Of a DNA stretch of 64,000 nucleotides, positions 28,255 to 37,731 are shown one piece after another. The first letter of the stretch is position 1, and each line of letters starts with the position of its first letter. This stretch comes from an uncultured Alphaproteobacteria bacterium. GTDB taxonomy: Bacteria > Pseudomonadota > Alphaproteobacteria > Rhodobacterales > Rhodobacteraceae. Made by a program: the position numbers and the translations under genes. The stretch covers positions 1,160 through 65,159 of the forward strand of contig CABZEW010000002.1 of NCBI GenBank assembly GCA_902524845.1, written 5' to 3'. The notes beneath the pieces were generated by a model, which ran no database searches, was not told the DNA's origin, and saw only the letters and a program-made list of their open reading frames with translations.

Positions 28255-28626
28255 TTAATGAATACAGGTTTGATCCAGTGTAAACCCATCAGACACTTCT
28301 TTGCCACCCACCATTTCTCTCCAATTTTTCCCATCTTTCCAAAATTGAACGTTAGGTGTAAAAAATATTTTGCCATCAATTCTAATAATATCTTTCCAAA
28401 GAAACGTGTCCTCATCCTCATATAGAAGTTTAATATCCTCTATAATTAAACCTTTATCAAACTAGTCATTTACGTGGTCAATCATCTCAACTCCGACAAC
28501 GAGGGCAGTTTCACGGGCATACATATATTCATTATGCAATGAACTCCTCATAAGTTTGTTGAACTTTTTCTTATCTATATCTCGAGTTTTAATCATATCC
28601 TTGAAATGCTTAAACTTATCTCCCAT
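28255..28626 (-). pseudogene. 124-codon ORF interrupted by an in-frame TAG
   Basis: MGDKFKHF...EMIDHVND (54 codons), then TAG at 28464..28462, then the same frame continues FDKGLIIEDIKLLYEDEDTFLWKDIIRIDGKIFFTPNVQFWKDGKNWREMVGGKEVSDGFTLDQTCIH to TAA at 28257..28255. The track ORF 28233..28421 is in another frame. Confidence 0.5.
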
Positions 28627-28699
28627 TCAATTGTTTTCTTTGCCTTGGGGTGCTGAAGTGAAAGGGAACTGACACACCATAGTGAACGTTTTTAATTGT

Positions 28700-28775
28700 G
28701 TTGTAAACACCCCATCTGCTGCACACTCGAAGTGCATAATAAGTGAGTACCGCCCTCAGCTTCTATGCGTGAAGA
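28700..28775 (+). repeat. CBR7 (left module only)
   Basis: GTTGTAAACACCCCATCTGCTGCACACTCGAAGTGCATAATAAGTGAGTACCGCCCTCAGCTTCTATGCGTGAAG. No 12-mers or tRNA part. Confidence 0.65.
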
Positions 28776-28819
28776 AGGAGAATAAAAGCTGAATGTTATT
28801 TTTTTAATCCGTGGTCTCT

Positions 28820-29974
28820 TTAAGTTTGCACGATCCGCTCTAGCGACCACCATACTCCAAAAAACCCAATAATTAGTGATCCTGGTATTGTTATATAATT
28901 TCTGAATTGTTCTTGTGTATTGAACAATAATTTGAGAATGAAATACACTAGGAATACAATAGTAATCTGACCGAGTTCAACTCCTACGTTGAAACCTGCT
29001 AGAGCCAGCAGGAAATGGTTCTCAGGCAGACCAAAAGTATTTAGGACACTTGCGAAACCAAGCCCATGCAGCAAGCCAAAAATAAAAATTATTATGGATC
29101 TATATTTTGAGCCTTCAGACTTAAATATGTTTTCGATTGCGATGTATACAATTGTAAGGGCTATCAACGGTTCAACAAATGCAATAGGCAAATTAATTAT
29201 TTTTAGAGAGTTTAAACCTAAAGTGATGGTATGAGCCAAGGTAAATAATGAAATCTGAAACACTAAAGCATACATTTTCTGTGAGAAAAAAATCAAGCCC
29301 AACACAAATAGAATATGGTCTAGTCCCTTAGGAATTATATGAGTAAATCCTACTTGTATGTATTTGAAAAATATACCTACCCTACTTACTAGTTGCTTTT
29401 CATCGTAAGAAATAATGGCACTTTTTTCTCCAGAAAGCAGGTATTGAGCAGAACCATCCTTAGTGTTTCTTACTCGCAATATAGTGTCGCCAAGCTTTTT
29501 AGAAAGTTGAACTGAAAAAGGACTTAGGTCCTGATTCTCAATGAAAAAATGTACAACAGTCAAGCGGGGAACGCTTAGGTCAGCAGTCGCTTCACTTTTA
29601 AGAAATGAAAAGACAATTTTATTTAGCTTCGAACCGTCCTCTCTGGAAAGTGAAAATAATGTTGTAAAATCTTTCCATTTTAGTAAAAACTTTTCGTTTA
29701 ATTTTTTATCACTTAGAGCTCTATATGTTTTATACAGTTGTTGGTTTTCATAATCATCCGTATTATCAACTATTGAAAGATCCATACCAGAGATATATGC
29801 CTCAAGGTTGGTAGTAAATTGAACTGTGATCCGATTGTTTTCTAATTTAAGGTCTAGTATGTTTGGAGATAATTCATGTGCAAAAAGTTGTGATGAAACG
29901 CATATTATGGAACAAGTAAATAAAATCATTGTAGCTAAAAAAAAGTTCGTCGCTATTTTAGCTAGTTTGGTCAT
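28820..29974 (-). CDS. HupE/UreJ-family membrane protein with N-terminal periplasmic extension
   Basis: 384 aa. Signal peptide, ~190-aa soluble domain, then a HupE/UreJ core (GFTHIIPKGLDHILFVLGLIFF, LLHGLGFASVL). Confidence 0.7.
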   Translation of the reverse strand: MTKLAKIATNFFLATMILFTCSIICVSSQLFAHELSPNILDLKLENNRITVQFTTNLEAYISGMDLSIVDNTDDYENQQLYKTYRALSDKKLNEKFLLKWKDFTTLFSLSREDGSKLNKIVFSFLKSEATADLSVPRLTVVHFFIENQDLSPFSVQLSKKLGDTILRVRNTKDGSAQYLLSGEKSAIISYDEKQLVSRVGIFFKYIQVGFTHIIPKGLDHILFVLGLIFFSQKMYALVFQISLFTLAHTITLGLNSLKIINLPIAFVEPLIALTIVYIAIENIFKSEGSKYRSIIIFIFGLLHGLGFASVLNTFGLPENHFLLALAGFNVGVELGQITIVFLVYFILKLLFNTQEQFRNYITIPGSLIIGFFGVWWSLERIVQT

Positions 29975-30761
29975 TTTAGCGATCTCTGATTTATGGATTT
30001 CACGAGCATATACTCATGAGTTGTGGTTGGAGCCGACGAAGTTTTATATAAATACTAACGAAATGCTAGAAGTCAACATCAAACTAGGAGAAAAACTTCA
30101 GGGCGCGATCTTACCATTTTTGCCAGCCAGCTTTAAAGAATTTTACTGGAGTCAAAACGGTGTTAAAAACTTAATAAAATCTAGACTAGGAGATAGACCA
30201 GCCTTTTCTGCACCGGTCCCTAAGGATGGACTTATATCCGTCATTTATGTATCAAAAGCTTCCACTTTAAGATACCAGACATTTGATAAGTTTGAGAAAT
30301 TTGCTCAAAGCAAGGATTTGGGACCGGTAAAACGACTACATAAGGAGCATGGCTTTTCAGAAAATGAATTTAGCGAGATTTACAGTCGCTTTGCTAAGGC
30401 CATTGTAAGAGTTGGTTCTGGTTTGGGAAAAGACAGGTCTTTCGGGCTGACCACTGAGTTTATACTGTTGAATAATCCCTATGAGAGCAAAGATGAAGAT
30501 TTTGTAGAATTAAAATTGCTTTACAATGGAGCGCCAAGAAGTAATGCGCAAATTGAGATTTTTGAAAGATCAGATGACGGCATTGTAAAACTTGCTACGA
30601 CAAGAACACTCAGCACTGGTATTGCGGTGATCCCAATTAAACGAGGTAATGAATATCTATTTAATGCAGTGAAGTTACGTAGAGCAGAAGCATATTCTCC
30701 CCAAAACGTAGTTTGGGAAACTTTATGGGCTAGCTTAATGGTCAAGATACCACATTACTAA
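29907..30761 (+). CDS. DUF4198-family periplasmic protein (Ni/Co uptake-associated)
   Basis: Signal peptide followed by THELWLEPTKFY, typical of DUF4198. Start taken at MEQVNK (29907); it still overlaps the divergent gene by 68 nt. Confidence 0.6.
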   Translation: MEQVNKIIVAKKKFVAILASLVILAISDLWISRAYTHELWLEPTKFYINTNEMLEVNIKLGEKLQGAILPFLPASFKEFYWSQNGVKNLIKSRLGDRPAFSAPVPKDGLISVIYVSKASTLRYQTFDKFEKFAQSKDLGPVKRLHKEHGFSENEFSEIYSRFAKAIVRVGSGLGKDRSFGLTTEFILLNNPYESKDEDFVELKLLYNGAPRSNAQIEIFERSDDGIVKLATTRTLSTGIAVIPIKRGNEYLFNAVKLRRAEAYSPQNVVWETLWASLMVKIPHY

Positions 30762-30951
30762 AACATTTTAACTGGTTGTTTTTAGAAATAGACCTGTCCT
30801 TTCTAGTACTTAAAAAAACATGTGGCCCGCGGGTGAGCAATGGCTTATTACTATATCTTGGCAAATTCTGTAACGTCTAATGAACAAAATTTAGAGGTAC
30901 TTAAGTAAAGTCTTTATAAATAGTCTAGTAAAGTAAAAGGAGGAAATTCAG

Positions 30952-31254
30952 TTGAAAATGACTAGCGTAATAGCAATCTCTCCAATAGACGGTTCAGCGG
31001 ACGATGTGAAACAATTAATCGTAGACAGCTGAGCGGAAGGGATAGCGGGTTCAAAAAAATATAGCATAGTATTAACTAAAGAGTATCAGTTACTTGTTAT
31101 CAATGAATGGGTTTCGCTTGATGCTTTTATGGATTACGTCAATAGTCCTCACAATATGATTGAGTTAATCAAACATTTATGTAATCGATATGATGAAAGA
31201 AATGTTTGTAAAGCATACTCAGAAACAGTCGTCCATGAAGAGTTAGCTAACTAA
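30952..31254 (+). pseudogene. ~100-codon ORF interrupted by an in-frame TGA
   Basis: SD AAAGGAGG, then TTG 30952 / ATG 30958. MTSVIAISPIDGSADDVKQLIVDS, then TGA at 31030-31032, then the same frame continues AEGIAGSKKYSIVLTKEYQLLVINEWVSLDAFMDYVNSPHNMIELIKHLCNRYDERNVCKAYSETVVHEELAN to TAA at 31252-31254. Confidence 0.5.
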
Positions 31255-31278
31255 TTTATTAAGACCTTTTTTTTCGTA

Positions 31279-31363
31279 CTCCATCCGCTGCATACTCCAA
31301 GAATAGAATATGGCCTCACTCCTAGTGGTCCTGCATTGGGGTAGACAAAACAGTAGACAAACA
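31279..31363 (+). repeat. CBR8 (left module plus 12-mers)
   Basis: CTCCATCCGCTGCATACTCCAAGAATAGAATATGGCCTCACTCCTAGTGGTCCTGCATTGG GGTAGACAAAAC AGTAGACAAACA. Confidence 0.7.
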
Positions 31364-31420
31364 TGAGAAAGTTCTGCCTAATAAAACAAGTTCATAAAAT
31401 AAACTTAAAAGGAGAGTAGA

Positions 31421-31777
31421 ATGAATGTAGATCAAGTACTTGTAGCAGCGAATAATAGAGTACATGACGTATATAAAACTCTTTATGTATCGATAGCTAG
31501 CTATTTAATAATAATCATAGGGCTTACAGTATCAGACTCTGGAGAGGTAAACTTAATCTGTGCAGTGCTTGCGGTTGCTACAGCTATTGTACAAATCGCT
31601 GCTGGAGATGGAGCTATCAGAGATATTGAAGCTTTAAGAAATGATATGCCTAAAGAAATGCAAAATTCAAACTATGCAGAGAGCTGGCGATCACAGCCTA
31701 TTGGACTTTTTAGACTATTAAACCTAATTGTGCCAATAGCCGTTAGTGGTGCAACTCTTTTAACGATTTATAATTAG
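31421..31777 (+). CDS. small membrane protein (3 TM), hypothetical
   Basis: 118 aa, ATG preceded by AAGGAGAG, three hydrophobic helices. Confidence 0.55.
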   Translation: MNVDQVLVAANNRVHDVYKTLYVSIASYLIIIIGLTVSDSGEVNLICAVLAVATAIVQIAAGDGAIRDIEALRNDMPKEMQNSNYAESWRSQPIGLFRLLNLIVPIAVSGATLLTIYN

Positions 31778-31907
31778 CTCAATTTTAATTTGAGTGGTCT
31801 TTTCAATAAAAGTGACTCTCCACGAGTTTGGCAAGCCACTCGAATATTTTTAAGCTAGGATTATTAAATTTAGTGAGTAGTTTCTGGTGAGTGAATTAAT
31901 ATTAGAT

Positions 31908-32105
31908 CATAAACACCCCATCTGTTGCACACTTTAACAATAGAATAACTTCATACTTCTAGTGGTCTGGCATAAAGGTAGAAAAACGGTAGACAAATAG
32001 GTGTGGCGTGATATGGACCTCTCTTTATCTAACAAATTGATACTCCTTAGTCTGATTTAATGATTGGTGCGGGTAGGGAGTAATTAATTTTTCTGGAGGC
32101 ACCAC
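31908..32105 (+). repeat. CBR9 (type 2)
   Basis: ATCATAAACACCCCATCTGTTGCACACTTTAACAATAGAATAACTTCATACTTCTAGTGGTCTGGCATAAAGGTAGAAAAAC GGTAGACAAATA ... ATTGGTGCGGGTAGGGAGTAATTAATTTTTCTGGAGGCACCA. Confidence 0.75.
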
Positions 32106-32363
32106 AAAATTATTATCTTATAAAATAATTGATAGTGATAGAGAACGTACCCAGTGGACGGAACAGTGATCTTTCGAGTAAGTCTGTTAACGCATAAACA
32201 ATTAGATTTGATTGACTTGTAATTTGTATTCTAGCGCACATACACTTATTCCAATTACGAATTTAAAATTTGTTGTAGTTGCTCTATGTGAATGCCAGTA
32301 GTCTAATAGGAGTAGGTGAGATCAGACCAGGTTATTATTTTTTTTTAAGTATTTTTCAACAAT

Positions 32364-32392
32364 TTGACATTTTCAATTTTTTTGTTGATACT
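32364..32392 (+). promoter_or_regulatory. sigma70-type promoter of module B copy 2
   Basis: TTGACA (32364-32369), 17-bp spacer, GATACT (32387-32392). Confidence 0.6.
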
Positions 32393-32398
32393 ATGCCC

Positions 32399-32503
32399 GG
32401 GGACTAGTCTGTGAGAATGTTGTACCAGTTGGGGGAGGAAAATTCCACAGGAACTCGATTTCAACAGATTATTTTGAAATTTAAAACAGACAGTTCCCTT
32501 TTT
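32399..32503 (+). ncRNA. candidate ~105-nt structured RNA of module B copy 2
   Basis: GGGGACTAGTCTGT (32399-32412) can pair with ACAGACAGTTCCC (32486-32498), followed by T5 (32499-32503). Same internal hairpin and CCAGTTGGGGGAGGAAA loop as copy 1. Confidence 0.45.
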
Positions 32504-32532
32504 AAAAAAAAGGGCCACTTTTGGTGTGGCCC
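32504..32532 (-). terminator. minus-strand intrinsic terminator-like hairpin (copy 2)
   Basis: A8 followed by GGGCCAC TTTTGGT GTGGCCC (32512-32532). Confidence 0.4.
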
Positions 32533-33004
32533 AGTTGGAGGAGGAAATGTCCGATAGGACAGTAGTTTGATGTTAAACTAAACGCACCAATTTGCAAGAA
32601 TAACGTTACGTTAACGTAAACTACAAGCAGACTTACTAAAATAAAGTAATCCACAAATTGATCGACGATTTAGTTTTCAATTAAACTACCTTACTAAGTT
32701 TAAGAAAATACTTTTGGTTTTGAGATTTACGTGCAGATGTCTCGCTCGATTATTTGCTAAGGTTTAATGCGTAATAAAAATAAATCTCAAATTGTAGCTT
32801 TATAAAGTGAATACTTGCTGTAATTAAGCGCTTGAACGTTCTCACAACAAAAAACAAGAAATGTGAAATAAAGTTGATCAACTTAGAATTTACACAAAGT
32901 TGAATTTATATTTGATGAATTTAAAGCGAGTTGACGTTAGGTTTCAGTTTTCTTTTTTAAATCAGTTCATATGATGAACTTAAGTTACGAGAAAGGATAT
33001 TAAG

Positions 33005-33493
33005 ATGGCATTGCATTGCCCAGGATGGATACTTTGTATTTTTTGTGCAAATGCGGCTAGGGAAACCCTATTTTATTCTGCACCACTCAATGTTATTACA
33101 AAAAAGTATACAGATGAAATCGCAGTTCATTACAAAGAGATCTCTGCAGAATTTTTACAAATTTGCAGCGAGAAAATTTTGGGTTCGTTAGTTGAAGTTG
33201 AAGCAGGAGAGAGTGCTGAGGAAGTCATAAGAGGATATTTGTATCAAAAGATTAAATTCAAAGATGATGGGTCTGTAAGAAAACTGGTGGGCCTATTTTC
33301 ATCAGAGTTTAGTGGTGAAAGATCTCAATCTGGAACGGAAAAATATATTGTCACAAATTTTAGAGCTTTTTTATTTTCATTAAGGTCTGGAAAAAAAGTT
33401 GGCTGTCCTCCAGGTTGGCAGGTTGATCAAGTACCTGATCTTAAATGGGTGCAAGAGGTAATGATGAAAAAAGTATCGATAATGGATGTTTAA
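33005..33493 (+). CDS. hypothetical protein (162 aa)
   Basis: ORF with a weak SD (AAAGGA). No recognisable motif. Confidence 0.45.
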   Translation: MALHCPGWILCIFCANAARETLFYSAPLNVITKKYTDEIAVHYKEISAEFLQICSEKILGSLVEVEAGESAEEVIRGYLYQKIKFKDDGSVRKLVGLFSSEFSGERSQSGTEKYIVTNFRAFLFSLRSGKKVGCPPGWQVDQVPDLKWVQEVMMKKVSIMDV

Positions 33494-33599
33494 ATAAAGT
33501 TAAGAAATAATTTGCTGTATAAGAGAAATATTACCACGGCTTGCCCAATTCTTGTTTTCTATAAAGTATTAGAACGAATATTGTTAGGATCCTAAAGTA

Positions 33600-34895
33600 G
33601 TGAAGACAGAAAGAGATCATAAAAGAGATAGGCATGTCACTGGACTAAAGCTGTCCTCTGCCGTGTTTTTGGGAAACAGTGTCATAGGGATAATTAATTT
33701 TTTCTATTTTCAGACTTTTAATTTACCTTTTTCTAACCAAATCGCCTTAGCAAACTTAATAATTGGTATGGCAATTGCGGGGTCAATTTTCTATTTTGCA
33801 AACAGAGAAAATTATAATTTGCTCCTAGCTATTTCTGTTTTAAAAGTGATAACTTCGTTTGTCATATTTCGCCAAATTATCCCATACGATTTTGTTAATA
33901 GCGTAGAAAATCCAGGAGACTGGATAGGTAGAAGCATGGACTTCCAATTTTTGGTGCCACTAAGTTTTCTGCTTTTTTCGTTAACTTATTTACGATTTTC
34001 TGTAGTCCTTTTTTTGTTACTTTTTATTACAATTTACTTTTTTGGATATGAAATTTATGGGTATTTTAAAATGTTTCCGGACGCATATTTGTCAGACGAC
34101 ATGGCAAAGGTGTACTCTGATAGTAATGCGATTTATAGAGTTTTTTTTATTGCAAATGTAGGGAACTTTGTTGTTTATGGCACCATTGTACTCTTTGTAA
34201 GCTTCCTAATCGAAAGACTGACGGGAAATGTTGCGAGGTTTGAGAAAACTAACGCTCAATTGGGAAGATATTTCTCGCCCCAAATCAAGGAGGAAATAGA
34301 AACTTCCGAGCTAGATAATATAGGTAAAAATGCTAAGGATCTTTTTGTCGCAATTCTCTTTACTGATATAGTAGGCTTCACCAAATTGTCAGAAAAAATG
34401 GATCCTAAAGATGTATTATCTCTTTTATCAGATTATCAAGCGATTATGGTAGATTGTATATTTGCTCACAGAGGTACTGTCGATAAATTCATCGGGGACG
34501 CCGTAATGGCAAATTTCGGTACACCGAAATCCGCTGGCAATGATGCACAAAATGCATTTAATTGTGCATTGGAGATGAATTTGAAGCTACAAAAATTCAA
34601 CAAATTTAGAAAGAAAAAAGGGCTAAAAGAGATTAAGCACAGAATAGGAATTCATTATGGACCCTGTGTCGTTGGGAACATAGGTAGTGAACTCAGGACA
34701 GAGTTTGCGGTTATCGGAGACTCAGTAAACGTAGCAAGTAGAATATGTGACGCATGTAAGGAGTTTGATACGAACTTAATAATAAGTAAAATTGTTGCCG
34801 ATAAAATAAATATGAATGGTAGTTTTGTACAAATTAAGGACTACAAAATAAGAGGCCGCAGAGAAGTAATTGATTTGGTGAAAATTTCTAATTAA
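33600..34895 (+). CDS. membrane-anchored class III adenylate/guanylate cyclase
   Basis: 431 aa, GTG start, ~6 TM helices plus a cyclase domain (ILFTDIVGFTKLSE, DKFIGDAVMANFG, EFAVIGDSVNVASRI). Paralog of 11082..12365, sharing the linker LGRYFSPxxKxEIExS. Confidence 0.85.
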   Translation: MKTERDHKRDRHVTGLKLSSAVFLGNSVIGIINFFYFQTFNLPFSNQIALANLIIGMAIAGSIFYFANRENYNLLLAISVLKVITSFVIFRQIIPYDFVNSVENPGDWIGRSMDFQFLVPLSFLLFSLTYLRFSVVLFLLLFITIYFFGYEIYGYFKMFPDAYLSDDMAKVYSDSNAIYRVFFIANVGNFVVYGTIVLFVSFLIERLTGNVARFEKTNAQLGRYFSPQIKEEIETSELDNIGKNAKDLFVAILFTDIVGFTKLSEKMDPKDVLSLLSDYQAIMVDCIFAHRGTVDKFIGDAVMANFGTPKSAGNDAQNAFNCALEMNLKLQKFNKFRKKKGLKEIKHRIGIHYGPCVVGNIGSELRTEFAVIGDSVNVASRICDACKEFDTNLIISKIVADKINMNGSFVQIKDYKIRGRREVIDLVKISN

Positions 34896-34975
34896 ATACC
34901 TCGTCTCCTGCACACTCCAGAATAGTATATGAGTATTCCTTTTGTAGTCTGGCTTTGGGTTAGTAAAGAGTGGTG
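34890..34975 (+). repeat. CBR10 (decayed left module)
   Basis: AATTAAATACCTCGTCTCCTGCACACTCCAGAATAGTATATGAGTATTCCTTTTGTAGTCTGGCTTTGGGTTAGTAAAGAGTGGTG. The cyclase stop TAA (34893-34895) aligns with the TAA of the repeat's TGTAAAC. Confidence 0.6.
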
Positions 34976-35130
34976 CGTTTTTAATCAAAAACCTTATTGT
35001 TTTTAGTTTAATAAACATGTTTATTTAGACGCGAAGGCTTATTATTCTGGTAAAAGTCATTAGGTTTGTTGGAAGATAGGTAGATTACCTCACTTATTTT
35101 TAAATAAGATGCTTAGTTGAGCGGAAGAAA

Positions 35131-36219
35131 ATGAAACACAATAGTAATGCAAGTAGCAACGGCTTTGATGAAGCAAAGCTAGTAAAAGCAATAGAGTTTT
35201 CAAAAAAACATGAGTCCAAAATGGATCGTAATATCGAAAGAGCTCTTAAAGAGGGTCATTTCCATGAACCATGGCCAATCGGTAAAACTATAGGACCAGT
35301 AAAAAAAAGAAAAGGCAACTCTGGAGCGATATTAAGAGGAAATAAAATTGTAAAAGTTTGGGGCGATGTTGAATATACTGATATGGCATTCAGTATGAGT
35401 AAAAGTTTTCTTTCCTTATGCGCTGGAATTGCATTTAAAGAAAACATTATTCGCGATTTTCATGCTCCCATAAGAGATAGAATAAAAACCAAAATTTTTG
35501 AAACAGAGCAAAATAGAAAAATCACGTGGTCCCAAATGCTTCAACTCACAAGTGAGTGGGAGGGAGAACTTTGGGGAAAACCAGATTGGATCGATCATAA
35601 TCGTAATTTAAATGATGCCCAGAAAAACAGATTAGAAAAAGGACAAAAAAGAAAGTTACACCTACCAGGAACGTTTTGGGAGTATAATGATGTACGAGTA
35701 AATGTTCTCTCATATGCTCTTATGTTGGCCTTTGGTCGCTCACTTGCTGATGTTTTACGAGAACACATAATGGTTCCCATAGGAGCAAGTAATACTTGGG
35801 AATGGCATGGATATGAAAATTCATGGGATGAAGTTAAAGGCGACAGATTGCAATCTGTTTCTGGTGGAGCTCATTGGGGTGGTGGGTTATGGATAAGCAC
35901 TCTTGATCTTGCGCGGGTTGGCCAACTAATTGCTAACCAAGGACTTTGGGATGGTAAAGTAGTTATTCCTAAGAAATGGATTAAAATGAGTACCAAACCA
36001 TGCAAGTTAGCCTTAAATTACGGTTATCTATGGTGGCTTAATGATAAAAAAAGCGGGATGTTTCCTGGCGCACCGACTAGTGCATTTGCTGCCATGGGAG
36101 TGGGCACACAAATCTTATATATTGACCCAAAAAATGATTTAGTAATCGTAAATAGGTGGATTGAAAAAGATAAAGTAGCAAAATTTGTAAAACTAGTATT
36201 AGGTAGTATTGATTTTTAG
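35131..36219 (+). CDS. serine hydrolase (beta-lactamase/transpeptidase-like family)
   Basis: 362 aa with an S-x-x-K motif in FSMSKSFLSL and a late WGGGLW / YLWW region. Confidence 0.65.
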   Translation: MKHNSNASSNGFDEAKLVKAIEFSKKHESKMDRNIERALKEGHFHEPWPIGKTIGPVKKRKGNSGAILRGNKIVKVWGDVEYTDMAFSMSKSFLSLCAGIAFKENIIRDFHAPIRDRIKTKIFETEQNRKITWSQMLQLTSEWEGELWGKPDWIDHNRNLNDAQKNRLEKGQKRKLHLPGTFWEYNDVRVNVLSYALMLAFGRSLADVLREHIMVPIGASNTWEWHGYENSWDEVKGDRLQSVSGGAHWGGGLWISTLDLARVGQLIANQGLWDGKVVIPKKWIKMSTKPCKLALNYGYLWWLNDKKSGMFPGAPTSAFAAMGVGTQILYIDPKNDLVIVNRWIEKDKVAKFVKLVLGSIDF

Positions 36220-36423
36220 CCTTGAGATAAGTATTTAAATTTCGATCTCTCGAAACGGTTGGATAAATTAATCATTGACCGAAATAATGCATATTATGTT
36301 GGGATGTTGTTTATTAAATATTGTTCAAAAGGTATATAAACAAAAAAGTTCACTGAAATATTGACAAAATGTAAATTGTTTAATACTAAAGTTCATTTTT
36401 ACTACTATTTATCACTCATTTTC

Positions 36424-36870
36424 ATGGAAACAGTATTAATTAAATCAGGCTATTACTCCCATGTGTTTAAAGATGATCCTGTAAGACCCCATTTAACGGA
36501 GGAATTTAGGTTATCTGACAACAGATTGGGATTGGCTTTGATTGATAACCAAATGTGTAAGGCGGCGGTTTGCGTGGCAATATCTAGTGAAGTTCCAACA
36601 AATGAGATTGAATTAGATAAGTTCTCTTCGGAGAATACAAACATTGAAAAATCAATAGCAATATTTTACACAATTTGGAGTTATGATAAAGGATGCGGTC
36701 GGAAAATGCTGTTTAATGCTGTAGAGTGGCTGAAAATAAATAGACCTAAAATTAAACGATTTGTAACACTCAGTCCAAAGAACAATATGGCCAGAAGTTT
36801 TCATATGAAAAATGGAGCCAAAGAATTGAAGGCAAATGAAAATTCACTTAACTTTGAATACTTTATCTAG
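36424..36870 (+). CDS. putative GNAT-like acetyltransferase
   Basis: Start taken at METVLIK. The IAIFYTIWSYDKGCGRKMLFNAVEWL segment resembles GNAT motif A. Weak. Confidence 0.35.
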   Translation: METVLIKSGYYSHVFKDDPVRPHLTEEFRLSDNRLGLALIDNQMCKAAVCVAISSEVPTNEIELDKFSSENTNIEKSIAIFYTIWSYDKGCGRKMLFNAVEWLKINRPKIKRFVTLSPKNNMARSFHMKNGAKELKANENSLNFEYFI

Positions 36871-36871
36871 A

Positions 36872-37090
36872 TCATAATTTAACCTGATAAATAAGTACCC
36901 CACCTTTTGTACTCTTTAAGTCATAATACCGGCACGCCCCGTATGTGTCATACGTTGGAGAGTACACTAAATGATAATCCGAAAATGGCTGCAAGTCTCT
37001 TGTCAAGTCACCGATCCATACTATGTTCTGTTTAGGTCTGTATCTATGGTTAATTTGTCGAACAACCGTCGCGAAAAAAGCTTGGAGCAA
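36872..37090 (-). CDS. hypothetical protein (72 aa)
   Basis: ORF only. Competes with the overlapping + strand ORF 36971..37201. Confidence 0.2.
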   Translation of the reverse strand: MLQAFFATVVRQINHRYRPKQNIVWIGDLTRDLQPFSDYHLVYSPTYDTYGACRYYDLKSTKGGVLIYQVKL

Positions 37091-37214
37091 GATCTAAGAA
37101 CTGGGTATTTAAAATTAAACACGATTTTCTATCTTAGAAGCCTAGAATGGGGCGACCAAGATAGAAGAATTCTTTGGAATTTGAGAGTACTGCTTAAATG
37201 AGACTCGGCTTGAA

Positions 37215-37724
37215 ATGAGATATTCTATTGGCTTAATAGTGTTACATTGGACAACTGCCGCTCTTATGTTAGCTTTGGCAACTTCTGGTCTACTATATAG
37301 TTACAAAATTGTTGGTACAAATGCATTGATCTTTCACCAGTGGGGGGGGCAGCTTCTTTTAGTGGTTGTTTTTATGTGGATCGGAGTAAGGCTAGCTTTC
37401 GGGGTTGGTCCACGTAATTCTGATCATGTGTGGTGGGAAAAAATGCTGGCTGCTTTAGTTAAAATCTCCCTTTATGCGCTTCTTATTGCTTACGTTATTA
37501 CTGGCTACGTTACAGCTTCAGGCCTCAGAAATTCTGAGATATTGTTTCCCATTAATGTTGCTTTTGCCAGATCTGACTTAGGGGACTTGTTCATGGAAGC
37601 TCACTTTGCATTAAAATGGGTGTTACTTGTGGTTCTTGGTCTCCATGTATTAGGAACGATTAAGCATATTTTGATAGACCGTGACAACACCTTTAGAAAC
37701 ATATGGATAACAAAGAAAGGATAA
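37215..37724 (+). CDS. cytochrome b561-family membrane protein
   Basis: 169 aa, 4 TM helices, with conserved His positions (LHWTTAALM..., FHQWGG, HFALKWV, HVLGTIKH). Confidence 0.7.
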   Translation: MRYSIGLIVLHWTTAALMLALATSGLLYSYKIVGTNALIFHQWGGQLLLVVVFMWIGVRLAFGVGPRNSDHVWWEKMLAALVKISLYALLIAYVITGYVTASGLRNSEILFPINVAFARSDLGDLFMEAHFALKWVLLVVLGLHVLGTIKHILIDRDNTFRNIWITKKG

Positions 37725-37731
37725 CCTGAAT

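Larger units (their letters stand above)
32357..32965 (+). repeat. noncoding module B, copy 2
   Basis: See copy 1. Begins about 250 bp after CBR9. Confidence 0.8.
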
